24,979 bases of DNA, from IMG/VR virus record IMGVR_UViG_3300033521_000030, positions 1-24,979 of that record; one strand, 5' to 3'. Source of the DNA: a virus (taxonomy: Duplodnaviria > Caudoviricetes). Both the position numbers and the translations under genes were made by a program. Positions 1 through 6,554 of this stretch are shown here, piece by piece (position 1 is the first letter of the stretch; each line of letters begins with the position of its first letter). A model generated the notes under the pieces. It searched no databases. It saw only the letters and a list, made by a program, of their open reading frames with translations, and had not been told where the DNA came from.

Positions 1-365
1 ATGCCAACGCGATCGGCGCCCTCGGACACGGCCACGCCCCAGGCGATCGACAGCATGATGGCGTTGCGCCCCGGAACGACGGTCAGCTTCATGCTCTCGG
101 CAGCGTAGTGCCCGTGCGGCGTGTCGATCGCGTCGTCCGTCAGGCTCGACCCCTTCAGCAGCGCGCGAAGGTCGGTCAGGTTGATGATGTCGTGCTTGGC
201 GTCGAGCGCTTTGGCGATCTTGGCCGCGCACTCCAGCTCGCGCTTGTGGCGCTGCCCGTAGTCGAACGACAACAGGTGCAGCGGCCCCTCGTGCTGCTTC
301 CTCGCCTTGTACGCGAGCACGGCGGAGTCGAGCCCGCCACTGACGACGACAACGGTACCGGTCAT
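1..365 (-). CDS. queC: 7-cyano-7-deazaguanine (preQ0) synthase QueC, 3' end outside window
   Basis: Not in the ORF track. Hand translation from ATG 365: MTGTVVVVSGGLDSAVLAY...LLSFDYGQRHKRELECAAKIA...SSLTD...TVVPGRNAIMLSIA. SGGLDS PP-loop, FDYGQRH and VPGRN are QueC signatures. Start overlaps the stop of the upstream gene (ATGA). Confidence 0.95.
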   Translation of the reverse strand, partial: MTGTVVVVSGGLDSAVLAYKARKQHEGPLHLLSFDYGQRHKRELECAAKIAKALDAKHDIINLTDLRALLKGSSLTDDAIDTPHGHYAAESMKLTVVPGRNAIMLSIAWGVAVSEGADRVG

Positions 366-1204
366 GGCTTCAGTCCTCTGAGTCCCAGGTAAGCGCGGAG
401 CACGAGCTTGATCGAGTCGAGCCCGGACACCGCAACGAATAGCTTCGTGCCGATCGTGCGCTCTGCGTCCAGCGAGAAGTCGACCCACGACCAGACGGGC
501 AGCTCGGTCATGACGCGCCCCTTGCGCCACGCTCCGGGCTGCGCGAGCGACCACAGATCGAGATCGTAGCGGGCGACGCGCGCGGCAAGCGCCTCGGTGA
601 GGTGGCGCTTCGCGACCTTGCGCGTGAGCGGGATCATCTCGCCGTTGCCGGCGTAGGTGTCGATGATGCCGTAGCGCTGCCCTCGCGAGTAGTTCGAGGA
701 GTCGCACATATACGGCCGGTAGTGCTTGAGGTAGTTGATGCGCGTGAACCCGAGCCAATGCACGCGACGATCGCCGACGTGCTTCATGATGCCGTTGACG
801 AAGCCCTTGTTCCCGCGCGTGCCGACGAGCCCGCCAATGCCCACGACGTCGCTCGTCTCGTAGTAGCGGTCGAGTCCCGCGAGATCCTCGCCGCGCGTGA
901 GGATCGGGACCGGCTTGTAGCCGCGCGCCAGCATCGCCTCGTAGTTCGCCATGGACGCCACGGGATCGCCGATGACGTCGAGCGTGAAGTAGCGCCACGG
1001 CTCGAACGGCATCGAGTCGACGAAACGGCAGTAGTCGTCCAGGGCGATGCTCTTGCCCGCCTTCCACGCGGTGAACGCGCCCGAGTCGAGGAGGAAGCGG
1101 ATGTGCTCCTTGTGCTCGACGAGCAGCTCCACGACCGGCTTGGTCATGTACGGGTAGGCGACCAGCAGGTTCAGCTTGCCGGGAGCTTCGTCACGCAAGC
1201 TCAT
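362..1204 (-). CDS. tRNA-guanine-transglycosylase-fold protein, DpdA-like (probable DNA 7-deazaguanine insertase)
   Basis: Motifs LLDSGAFT, LDVIGD, GIGGLV, VHWLG and CDSS match the order of TGT/DpdA catalytic and substrate motifs. No C-terminal CxCxxC zinc site. Translationally coupled to queC. Confidence 0.8.
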   Translation of the reverse strand: MSLRDEAPGKLNLLVAYPYMTKPVVELLVEHKEHIRFLLDSGAFTAWKAGKSIALDDYCRFVDSMPFEPWRYFTLDVIGDPVASMANYEAMLARGYKPVPILTRGEDLAGLDRYYETSDVVGIGGLVGTRGNKGFVNGIMKHVGDRRVHWLGFTRINYLKHYRPYMCDSSNYSRGQRYGIIDTYAGNGEMIPLTRKVAKRHLTEALAARVARYDLDLWSLAQPGAWRKGRVMTELPVWSWVDFSLDAERTIGTKLFVAVSGLDSIKLVLRAYLGLRGLKP

Positions 1205-1745
1205 AGGTCAGCCCGGCTGCATCGAGCGCCTTCGTGATGACAGAGCGCGCAAGGTCGCCCTCGTCCTGATCGACGCGGACCCGGATCGTCGACGTGATGC
1301 CGTCGAGGTTCTCGCCGTCCTTCGTGATGTCGGCGGGCTCGACGTTCCAGCCGTTGAGCAGCGCCTCCATCTCGTGCTCCGAGAACCCGGTCAGCTCGAC
1401 GTTGAAGTCGGCGGCCATCAGGTCGTCGATCTCGACCTTCAGCATCTCGATGTCCCAACCCGCGTCGAGCGCCAGCTTGTTGTCGGCGATGATGTAGGCC
1501 TGGAGCTGCGCCTTCGTCCAGTGCTCGCCAACGACGCGACACGGCACCTCGCCCAGCCCGAGCACGCGCGCCGCCTCGACGCGAGCATGGCCGGCGACGA
1601 TCGTCCTGTCGGGCATGATGAGCACGGGGTTGGTGAACCCGAACTCTCGAATCGATGCGGCGACCTTGGCGATCTGCCCGTCGCTGTGAGTGCGGCTGTT
1701 GCGCGCGTAGGGCAGCAGCTCGGCGATGCCGATCATGTCGACCAT
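1191..1745 (-). CDS. ParB/Srx-like N-terminal-domain protein (phage terminase-associated type)
   Basis: LLPYARNSRTHS..QIAKVAASIREFGFTNPVLI...IVAGHARVEAA..LGL..VP...AYIIADNKLA...WD is the classic phage ParB-like domain, here with only a short C-terminal extension. Confidence 0.9.
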   Translation of the reverse strand: MVDMIGIAELLPYARNSRTHSDGQIAKVAASIREFGFTNPVLIMPDRTIVAGHARVEAARVLGLGEVPCRVVGEHWTKAQLQAYIIADNKLALDAGWDIEMLKVEIDDLMAADFNVELTGFSEHEMEALLNGWNVEPADITKDGENLDGITSTIRVRVDQDEGDLARSVITKALDAAGLTYELA

Positions 1746-1752
1746 GGATTCC

Positions 1753-2310
1753 TCACTCGTTGAGAGCGCCGTAGGTGCGCTCGATGATGATGGCTTGGGC
1801 GTTGTCGGCGTCGCTCAGGCCGTGAGCCCGGCGCTCGCCGATCTGCTTCGTGTCGAGGGCGCGCATGTGATGCAGCACGGTGTCGCTGGCGATCTTCGCC
1901 TTCCACCACTCGTCGCGCTGCGTCTCCACGTCCTTGTTCTCGAAGGCGGCCTTCATGCTGACCATGGCGGCGATGCGGAAGCGATTGACCTCCTCCCATT
2001 CGGACCGATGCCGCTCGATGACGCGTGACCGCAGCTGGGCCGCGTCCTCCAGCGATCCCGGTGCCGGCCTTTTGTCTGGCTCGCGGGTAGCAACTTCACG
2101 CGCAACCTCGCGACGATCGGCGAGCAGCTGCGCCCGCTCGTTGACCTGCGCGAGCGCGCCGACCTTGGCCCAGCCGTTCTTCGTCGCCTGCTTGGCGACC
2201 GCCGTGTGGGAGACGCCGATCTCCTTGCCGATCGACGCGTAGGTCGCTGCCGGGTCGGATTCCCATCGATGGCGCGCCTCGGCCCACGTGTCCTTGTTGA
2301 GCCTCGGCAC
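1753..2310 (-). CDS. Probable terminase small subunit (N-terminal HTH)
   Basis: N-terminal W..AR..WE...TYASIGKEIGVSHTAVAKQATKNGW HTH, helical body and C-terminal ERRAHGL. Position upstream of a ParB-like/modification cassette is typical of TerS. Confidence 0.6.
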   Translation of the reverse strand: MPRLNKDTWAEARHRWESDPAATYASIGKEIGVSHTAVAKQATKNGWAKVGALAQVNERAQLLADRREVAREVATREPDKRPAPGSLEDAAQLRSRVIERHRSEWEEVNRFRIAAMVSMKAAFENKDVETQRDEWWKAKIASDTVLHHMRALDTKQIGERRAHGLSDADNAQAIIIERTYGALNE

Positions 2311-2316
2311 GGCCGG

Positions 2317-2817
2317 TCAGCTCTCGGGGTGCACGCGCCGGCCGGGGTCGCCGACACCGAACAGCCCGATGAGCGCGGCGTCGGCTCGGCCGACGTCCTT
2401 CTTCCGCGAGAACAGGGTGCTCGCTTTGCCCGGCCAGCGCTCGCGGGCGACGGTGAGAGCGGCGTCCTTGCCGCGCTTGAACAGCCCGAAGTGCTTCTTC
2501 CAGCGCTGCGGCGTCACCCAGATCATGGGGATCATCCGGGCGGCGCACACGCCCTCGATGATCCCGACGCTCTCGCCGAAGTGGAACATGGACGTGACGC
2601 CTTGGCCGGGCATGGCGCTGACGCGCTCGACATAGACGCACGCCACGTGCTGCTCGACGAGCAGTCGCGACAGGGCGTGAGCGTCAACCTGCTGGCCCTT
2701 GCCGTGCACGCGCGGTGTGGTCGGCATGTCGACGACGTCGACGAGGGTGGCCGGGCTCTCGTGCAGGAACGCCAGGGCGCCCGAGATGCCGGGATCGATG
2801 CCGCAGACCGTGGTCAC
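2317..2817 (-). CDS. RuvC-like Holliday junction resolvase
   Basis: GIDPGISGALA, VYVERV..MPGQGVTSMFHFG, VTPQRWKKHFGL and GRADAALI carry the RuvC acidic residues. Likely start is GTG 2817, overlapping the upstream TGA; the track's 3051 start is overextended. Confidence 0.9.
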   Translation of the reverse strand: MTTVCGIDPGISGALAFLHESPATLVDVVDMPTTPRVHGKGQQVDAHALSRLLVEQHVACVYVERVSAMPGQGVTSMFHFGESVGIIEGVCAARMIPMIWVTPQRWKKHFGLFKRGKDAALTVARERWPGKASTLFSRKKDVGRADAALIGLFGVGDPGRRVHPES

Positions 2818-3071
2818 AGAGGCAGCTCCCCTTGGCGCGTCGCGATGGTCTGGAATTGGCGGATGACCGACTCGATCTCGGGCTTCCAATCCTCTGGGTA
2901 GACCGCGAAGCAGTGCGAGCCGCCGCCTGCGGTCTTCGTCCGCAGCGCCTTGGGCGGCAGGCTGCCGTGGATGCGCTCCCATCGCTCGCGAACGATCGCC
3001 CCGACCGGCCACGTAAGATCGGGCGTCGGCTCGACGCGCAGGGATCGGCAAACGTCAACGACTGTAATCAC
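2814..3071 (-). CDS. Hypothetical protein ending in RQGELPL
   Basis: GTG 3071 with upstream GAGGA. Packed between neighbouring genes with overlaps. Confidence 0.65.
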   Translation of the reverse strand: MITVVDVCRSLRVEPTPDLTWPVGAIVRERWERIHGSLPPKALRTKTAGGGSHCFAVYPEDWKPEIESVIRQFQTIATRQGELPL

Positions 3072-3234
3072 TCGCGTCCTCTCGCTTCGTGTAGTAGTGC
3101 TCCTGACCGGGGTGGCGGTGCTTCGACCAGCAGACGACGCACATCCACTTGCCACACACCGAGCACGTATTGATCTCGCGCTCCTTGCCGTCGGTCCAGC
3201 GGTCGCGGTGGCAGATTTCGCAGCGGCCGGTCAT
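3055..3234 (-). CDS. Small Cys/His-rich (zinc-finger-like) protein
   Basis: MTGRCEICH...TCSVCGKWMCVVCWSKHRH has three CxxC pairs. ATGA overlap with the upstream gene. Confidence 0.6.
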   Translation of the reverse strand: MTGRCEICHRDRWTDGKEREINTCSVCGKWMCVVCWSKHRHPGQEHYYTKREDASDYSR

Positions 3235-3407
3235 GGCGTGGTCGACGGCCTCGGGTTGCGGCGCTTGAGCGTCAGGTAGCGCCCCCGGGTCGTGAGCTTC
3301 ACGACACGGCGGATGCCGTGCGGGGTGGTCGTGTAGGCGCGCTCGGGGCGGCCGGCTGTTTCGAGTCGGGCCTGGGCGCGCAGGGCCTTGGCGTGCTTGT
3401 CGTTCAT
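3231..3407 (-). CDS. Small basic hypothetical protein
   Basis: MNDKHAKALRAQAR...RGRYLTLKRR, preceded by a GAGGAG Shine-Dalgarno. Confidence 0.65.
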   Translation of the reverse strand: MNDKHAKALRAQARLETAGRPERAYTTTPHGIRRVVKLTTRGRYLTLKRRNPRPSTTP

Positions 3408-3490
3408 GCTGCTCCTCGTTGCGGGGTTTCGCCCGCTTTGACGTTGCAACCGCCGCTGGTTGCGAATGAGACAACCCGCTACACAATCAG

Positions 3491-3880
3491 TCAAGTGCTC
3501 GGCTTCGTCAGCGGCAGGGTGATGGTGACGGGGCGGAGCTCCGCCCGCAGGCGCTTGATCTCGGCTTCGGCCGCGACCAGCTTTCGACAAGCGTCCGCCT
3601 CGTCGCCCGACACGGCGGCGCGCAGCGCCTTGATCTCGGCATCCTGGGTGGCCAGCACCTCGGTGTAGCTCGCGCAGGCGCGCTCCCACGTCGCCACGGT
3701 GGCGAGCATTCCGTCGAGCCTCGCCTCCAGGGTATCGATGCGGTCCGCGGCCTCGGTCAGCATGCGGATCGGCACGACGCCGGTCGTCGTGACTCGCAGG
3801 CGGCTCTTGCCCGCCATGCGTACCCGCCGGTCGTAGGCCACGTAGGACAGCAGCTCCTCTTGCAGCGACCGATCGCTCAC
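3491..3880 (-). CDS. Hypothetical coiled-coil protein
   Basis: EAADRIDTLEARL...AEAEIKRLRAEL heptad patterns. GTGA overlap with the upstream gene. Confidence 0.7.
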   Translation of the reverse strand: MSDRSLQEELLSYVAYDRRVRMAGKSRLRVTTTGVVPIRMLTEAADRIDTLEARLDGMLATVATWERACASYTEVLATQDAEIKALRAAVSGDEADACRKLVAAEAEIKRLRAELRPVTITLPLTKPST

Positions 3881-4515
3881 GCCGCCCCCTTGCCGCCGGG
3901 CAGGGCGGTCAGCGTGATGGCCTGTCGGACGCCGATCAGCGGCTTCTGTGTGCCGCGCGCGAGCGTGTCCTGGGCCTTGACCGGGTCACCGACGAACACG
4001 GGCGGCGCGCACGGCAGGCCACGCGCCGTGTTGTGGGCTTCGTTCAGGCCGATCAGCGCGCGCGGGTACTCGGGCGTCTCGCGGCGCACGCGGTAGGCCC
4101 GGTACCGGGTTGCGAACTCCTTGCCGACGAAGGGCCATTCGTCGAGCGCCTTCGTGCCCAGCGCGATCCAGCCGCCCATCTCGTGCAGCACGCGATGGAT
4201 CAGCGGGTCGTCGAACACGACCGAGGCATGGGGGCCGACGGTGCGGACGGCGTGGTCGACCTTCGTCCAGGCCTGCAGCGCCCCGTCCTGCGTGCCGCCT
4301 TCGATCAGCCCGATGATGTCGGCCGGGTGAGGCATGAAGCGGCCGGTCTCGGGGTTGGCGATGTGCAGATCGAAGGCGCGCTCGACCGCCTCGATGTCGA
4401 ACCGCGCGAGCTGCCGCCACCACAACGCGATGCCGGCCTCGCTGATCGGCTTCCGGTACTCCTCGGACGTCGCCAACAGGCACGCCAGGAATCGCTCACG
4501 ATCCTGCTGCAACAT
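3877..4515 (-). CDS. Replication-initiator partner, DUF6475-like (probable helicase loader or lambda-P analogue)
   Basis: Directly downstream of the initiator. Motifs RFMPHPADII and VGPHASVVFDDPLIHRVLHEMGGW. ATG 4515 follows CAGGAG. Confidence 0.65.
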   Translation of the reverse strand: MLQQDRERFLACLLATSEEYRKPISEAGIALWWRQLARFDIEAVERAFDLHIANPETGRFMPHPADIIGLIEGGTQDGALQAWTKVDHAVRTVGPHASVVFDDPLIHRVLHEMGGWIALGTKALDEWPFVGKEFATRYRAYRVRRETPEYPRALIGLNEAHNTARGLPCAPPVFVGDPVKAQDTLARGTQKPLIGVRQAITLTALPGGKGAA

Positions 4516-5452
4516 GGTCGCTCTCCTGTTCAAGCCAGCGCCGGCCCGCCTCCATGGTCTGTGCGGTCGCCGGGCTGATCGTTGTCGTTGCTCCCGGGCG
4601 CGTGGTCAGTGGGCGCTCACGTCGCACCCAGTTCCGCCACGTCGCCAGCCAATCGAGCTTCAGCCCCTCGCGGCCGGGCTTGCTCGTCCAGTAGTCGCGG
4701 AACATCTCGCCGACGCGCTGCACGTGCTGTGGCGTCCACGTCGGTTGTTCGTGCAAGGCCCACGCGACGAACTCCTCGGGCGGCAGCCAATCGCTGGCGA
4801 GGCGCGTGCCTCGCGCACGCGCGCGAGACGACTGCTGCGGAACAACCTCGTTCTTCACAATTTCGTCTTGTCCCTTTTCCTGTCCCTGTCCCTGTCCCTG
4901 TCCCTTGGGATGCTTGAAGGATTCCTTCAGGGATTCCGCGTCGCATTCCTTGTGCGGTTCGCTGTGCGATTCGCTGTGCGCAACGTGTGAATGACCGGTG
5001 AGGCGCTCAAGGAATTCGACGCAGCGCTGCTGCATGGCGTCGAAGTGCCCGGGGTCGCCGTCGACGCCCCAGCGCTTGGCGTTGCCCTTGAGCGATCGGC
5101 GCCGGTGGCTGAGCTTCTTGGCCCAGGCTTCGAGCGCCTTCTCGGCCATCGTGCGGTGATGCAGCCGGCCGTCGTCGCACAGCGTCCAGCCGTGCAGCGC
5201 CTCGGCCTTCAGCTCGCGCCACGTCGCCACGTCGCGGCCAAGCTCGGCGAGGCGCGTCAGCTCGACGTCGTCATTCGGCAGGGTCGCCGCCGGCACCTGA
5301 TGCCAGGACTTCAGCCACAGGGTCACGCCCGCGCGCCATGCGGCGTCGCTCGACACGGCATGGAACCGGGACTGAAACAGGCGGACGACGTCGATCGGCA
5401 CGAACGCGAAGTCGCGCAGATCGATCTCGATCGGCACGTAGGGCGCGGTCAT
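4496..5452 (-). CDS. Phage replication initiator, DUF1376/YdaU-like
   Basis: N-terminal DLRDFAFVPIDVVRL...LWLKSWHQVPAATLPNDD.EL...DDGRLHH, central GQGQGQGQ linker after internal repeats, and C-terminal DWLATWRNWVRR motif. Confidence 0.8.
   Translation of the reverse strand: MTAPYVPIEIDLRDFAFVPIDVVRLFQSRFHAVSSDAAWRAGVTLWLKSWHQVPAATLPNDDVELTRLAELGRDVATWRELKAEALHGWTLCDDGRLHHRTMAEKALEAWAKKLSHRRRSLKGNAKRWGVDGDPGHFDAMQQRCVEFLERLTGHSHVAHSESHSEPHKECDAESLKESFKHPKGQGQGQGQEKGQDEIVKNEVVPQQSSRARARGTRLASDWLPPEEFVAWALHEQPTWTPQHVQRVGEMFRDYWTSKPGREGLKLDWLATWRNWVRRERPLTTRPGATTTISPATAQTMEAGRRWLEQESDHVAAGS
4879..4978. repeat. Probable replication origin: 12-bp-period iteron-like repeats plus (CCTGTC)n run inside the initiator gene
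   Basis: Units at 4907, 4919, 4931, 4943, 4955 and 4967 (GGGATGCTTGAA, GGATTCCTTCAG, GGATTCCGCGTC, GCATTCCTTGTG, CGGTTCGCTGTG, CGATTCGCTGTG), next to four CCTGTC hexamers at 4879-4904. Lambdoid origins lie inside the initiator gene. Confidence 0.6.
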
Positions 5453-5664
5453 AGCCCGAACCTCGCGCGATGTGCGGCGCGGCGGGCAAGGCGCTTCTCG
5501 TGAACCTTCTTCAGGCCGAAGTACGTCTTGAGATGGCTGCGGATCCTCGCGCGGTACTCGGGCGGGGCGCTGTCGATCAGGGCGCGGCGTTCATCGAGCG
5601 TCTTTCGAGACACGGCAACGCCCTGCCAAACCTCGACGAAATCTGTCGGTGCGGGGTGGTACAT
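5449..5664 (-). CDS. Hypothetical protein
   Basis: AAGGAG Shine-Dalgarno, 71 aa, ATGA overlap with the initiator. Confidence 0.7.
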   Translation of the reverse strand: MYHPAPTDFVEVWQGVAVSRKTLDERRALIDSAPPEYRARIRSHLKTYFGLKKVHEKRLARRAAHRARFGL

Positions 5665-5704
5665 CGAGACTCCTTGTTGTCATGTTGTGTAGTTCGCGGA
5701 CAGC

Positions 5705-5725
5705 AAAAAACCGCGTCGCGCGGTT
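5705..5725 (-). terminator. Intrinsic terminator (second, weaker)
   Basis: Minus strand AACCGCG-CGA-CGCGGTT running into TTTTTT. Confidence 0.55.
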
Positions 5726-5748
5726 CGAGCCGCCTCCTGGGTGCGTGC

Positions 5749-5778
5749 AAAAAAAAGCCCGGCGCTTGGACGCCGGGC
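5749..5778 (-). terminator. Intrinsic terminator downstream of cro
   Basis: Minus strand GCCCGGCG-TCCAAG-CGCCGGGC followed by T8. Confidence 0.85.
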
Positions 5779-5901
5779 CGAACACACACCTGATTCCGAG
5801 GAGAATCGCGTCTCTCCGCGATGTCACGCCGGTTCTTGCGCCGTAGGCGTCCACGGCTCCGCACACGCCCGGAGACAAAGCGCGTGCCGAATGCTCGGGC
5901 A
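5749..5901 (-). ncRNA. Candidate structured RNA (cro 3' UTR-derived)
   Basis: About 150 non-coding nt with consecutive hairpins, an anti-SD UCUCCUC, a GGUGUGUGUU segment and a terminator. See findings. Confidence 0.35.
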
Positions 5902-6141
5902 TCACGCGGCCTTGTCGAGCAGTGTCCAGCTCGCGACCGGGTACAGGTCCGGTCGAAGTTCATGCGCGGTCACGCGCTCCTCGACCGCGCGCACGATCGG
6001 GATCACTTGCTCGGACGGCACGCGTCCGCGCAGGCGCCAGTTCGTCACGCACGACAGCGTGACGCCGATGGCCTTCGCCAAGGCGGTGACGCCGCCAGCG
6101 GCGGTGATCGCGCGGTGCAGCGCTTCACGTTCAGTCGTCAT
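5902..6141 (-). CDS. Cro/YdaS-like HTH transcriptional regulator
   Basis: AITAAGGVTALAKAIGVTLSCVTNWRLRGRVP...VTAHELRPDLY is the typical YdaS/Cro pattern. Likely start is ATG 6141. Confidence 0.9.
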   Translation of the reverse strand: MTTEREALHRAITAAGGVTALAKAIGVTLSCVTNWRLRGRVPSEQVIPIVRAVEERVTAHELRPDLYPVASWTLLDKAA

Positions 6142-6169
6142 GGCTCGTTGCTCGCGTTTCGACACGTCG

Positions 6170-6198
6170 AGATTACGGGCCAGCGCGCCCGCGTGCAA
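6170..6198 (-). promoter_or_regulatory. Sigma70-type promoter for the cro/replication arm
   Basis: Minus strand TTGCAC-N17-TAATCT, about 30 nt upstream of the cro ATG. Flanked by small palindromes CGAC-AC-GTCG (6160-6169) and CACCG-T-CGGTG (6199-6209), which are possible operators. Confidence 0.65.
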
Positions 6199-6448
6199 CA
6201 CCGTCGGTGCAGTGCTGCGCGCTCGACACGAGACGTGCTGCGCGCTTCAGCGACAAGCGCGAACAACCCGGAACAGCAGCGCGAAAAACACGCGCGACAA
6301 CGACGACACGCGCAGCGATTTTCCTTTATTCGGAGCTGTCGTCAGACACCGTTAATTCGTGCAGGCACATCCTGTGCGACGGGTCAACTGGTCAAAAAGT
6401 AGCCAGCTGTCACCGCGAAAACTGGCGCATTCAGCGCCGGTCGGGACG

Positions 6449-6460
6449 TAACTCATTGAT
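6449..6460 (-). promoter_or_regulatory. IHF-consensus site
   Basis: Minus strand ATCAA-TGAG-TTA (consensus WATCAANNNNTTR, W position mismatched) with a T-tract about 10 bp 5' of it. Confidence 0.55.
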
Positions 6461-6485
6461 CTATCGAGGAAAAAACAAGTAGTTT
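6456..6485 (+). promoter_or_regulatory. Possible sigma70 early promoter
   Basis: TTGATC-N18-TAGTTT in an AT-rich patch upstream of the first early gene. An alternative is TTCAAA-N17-CATTAT at 6502-6530. Confidence 0.4.
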
Positions 6486-6517
6486 TGCTGCACGGGACGT
6501 GTTCAAATACGCCTGAC

Positions 6518-6529
6518 ATCAACACATTA
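6518..6529 (+). promoter_or_regulatory. IHF-consensus site (second, opposite orientation)
   Basis: ATCAA-CACA-TTA on the plus strand. Confidence 0.45.
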
Positions 6530-6554
6530 TTGATCCAACGAAGGAGCCGCCACG

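Noticed and set aside
4879-4978. CRISPR-like or mini-array interpretation of the short repeats
   Set aside because: Repeats are contiguous 6- and 12-bp units without spacers and lie inside a coding region.
5780-5901. tRNA, or CsrA/RsmA-sponge RNA
   Set aside because: No T-loop/D-loop consensus or cloverleaf. GGA motifs are present but not in repeated ANGGA hairpin loops.
5821-6402. 193-aa plus-strand ORF preceded by ACACACACC and GAGGAG
   Set aside because: It is antisense to cro and its promoter, has an Arg-rich shadow composition, and the SD is 17 nt from the ATG. The motif is better explained on the minus-strand RNA, though a short antisense product is not excluded.
6207-6482. Possible degenerate cI in the control region
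   Set aside because: No HTH or peptidase motif in any listed frame, and no SD/ATG.
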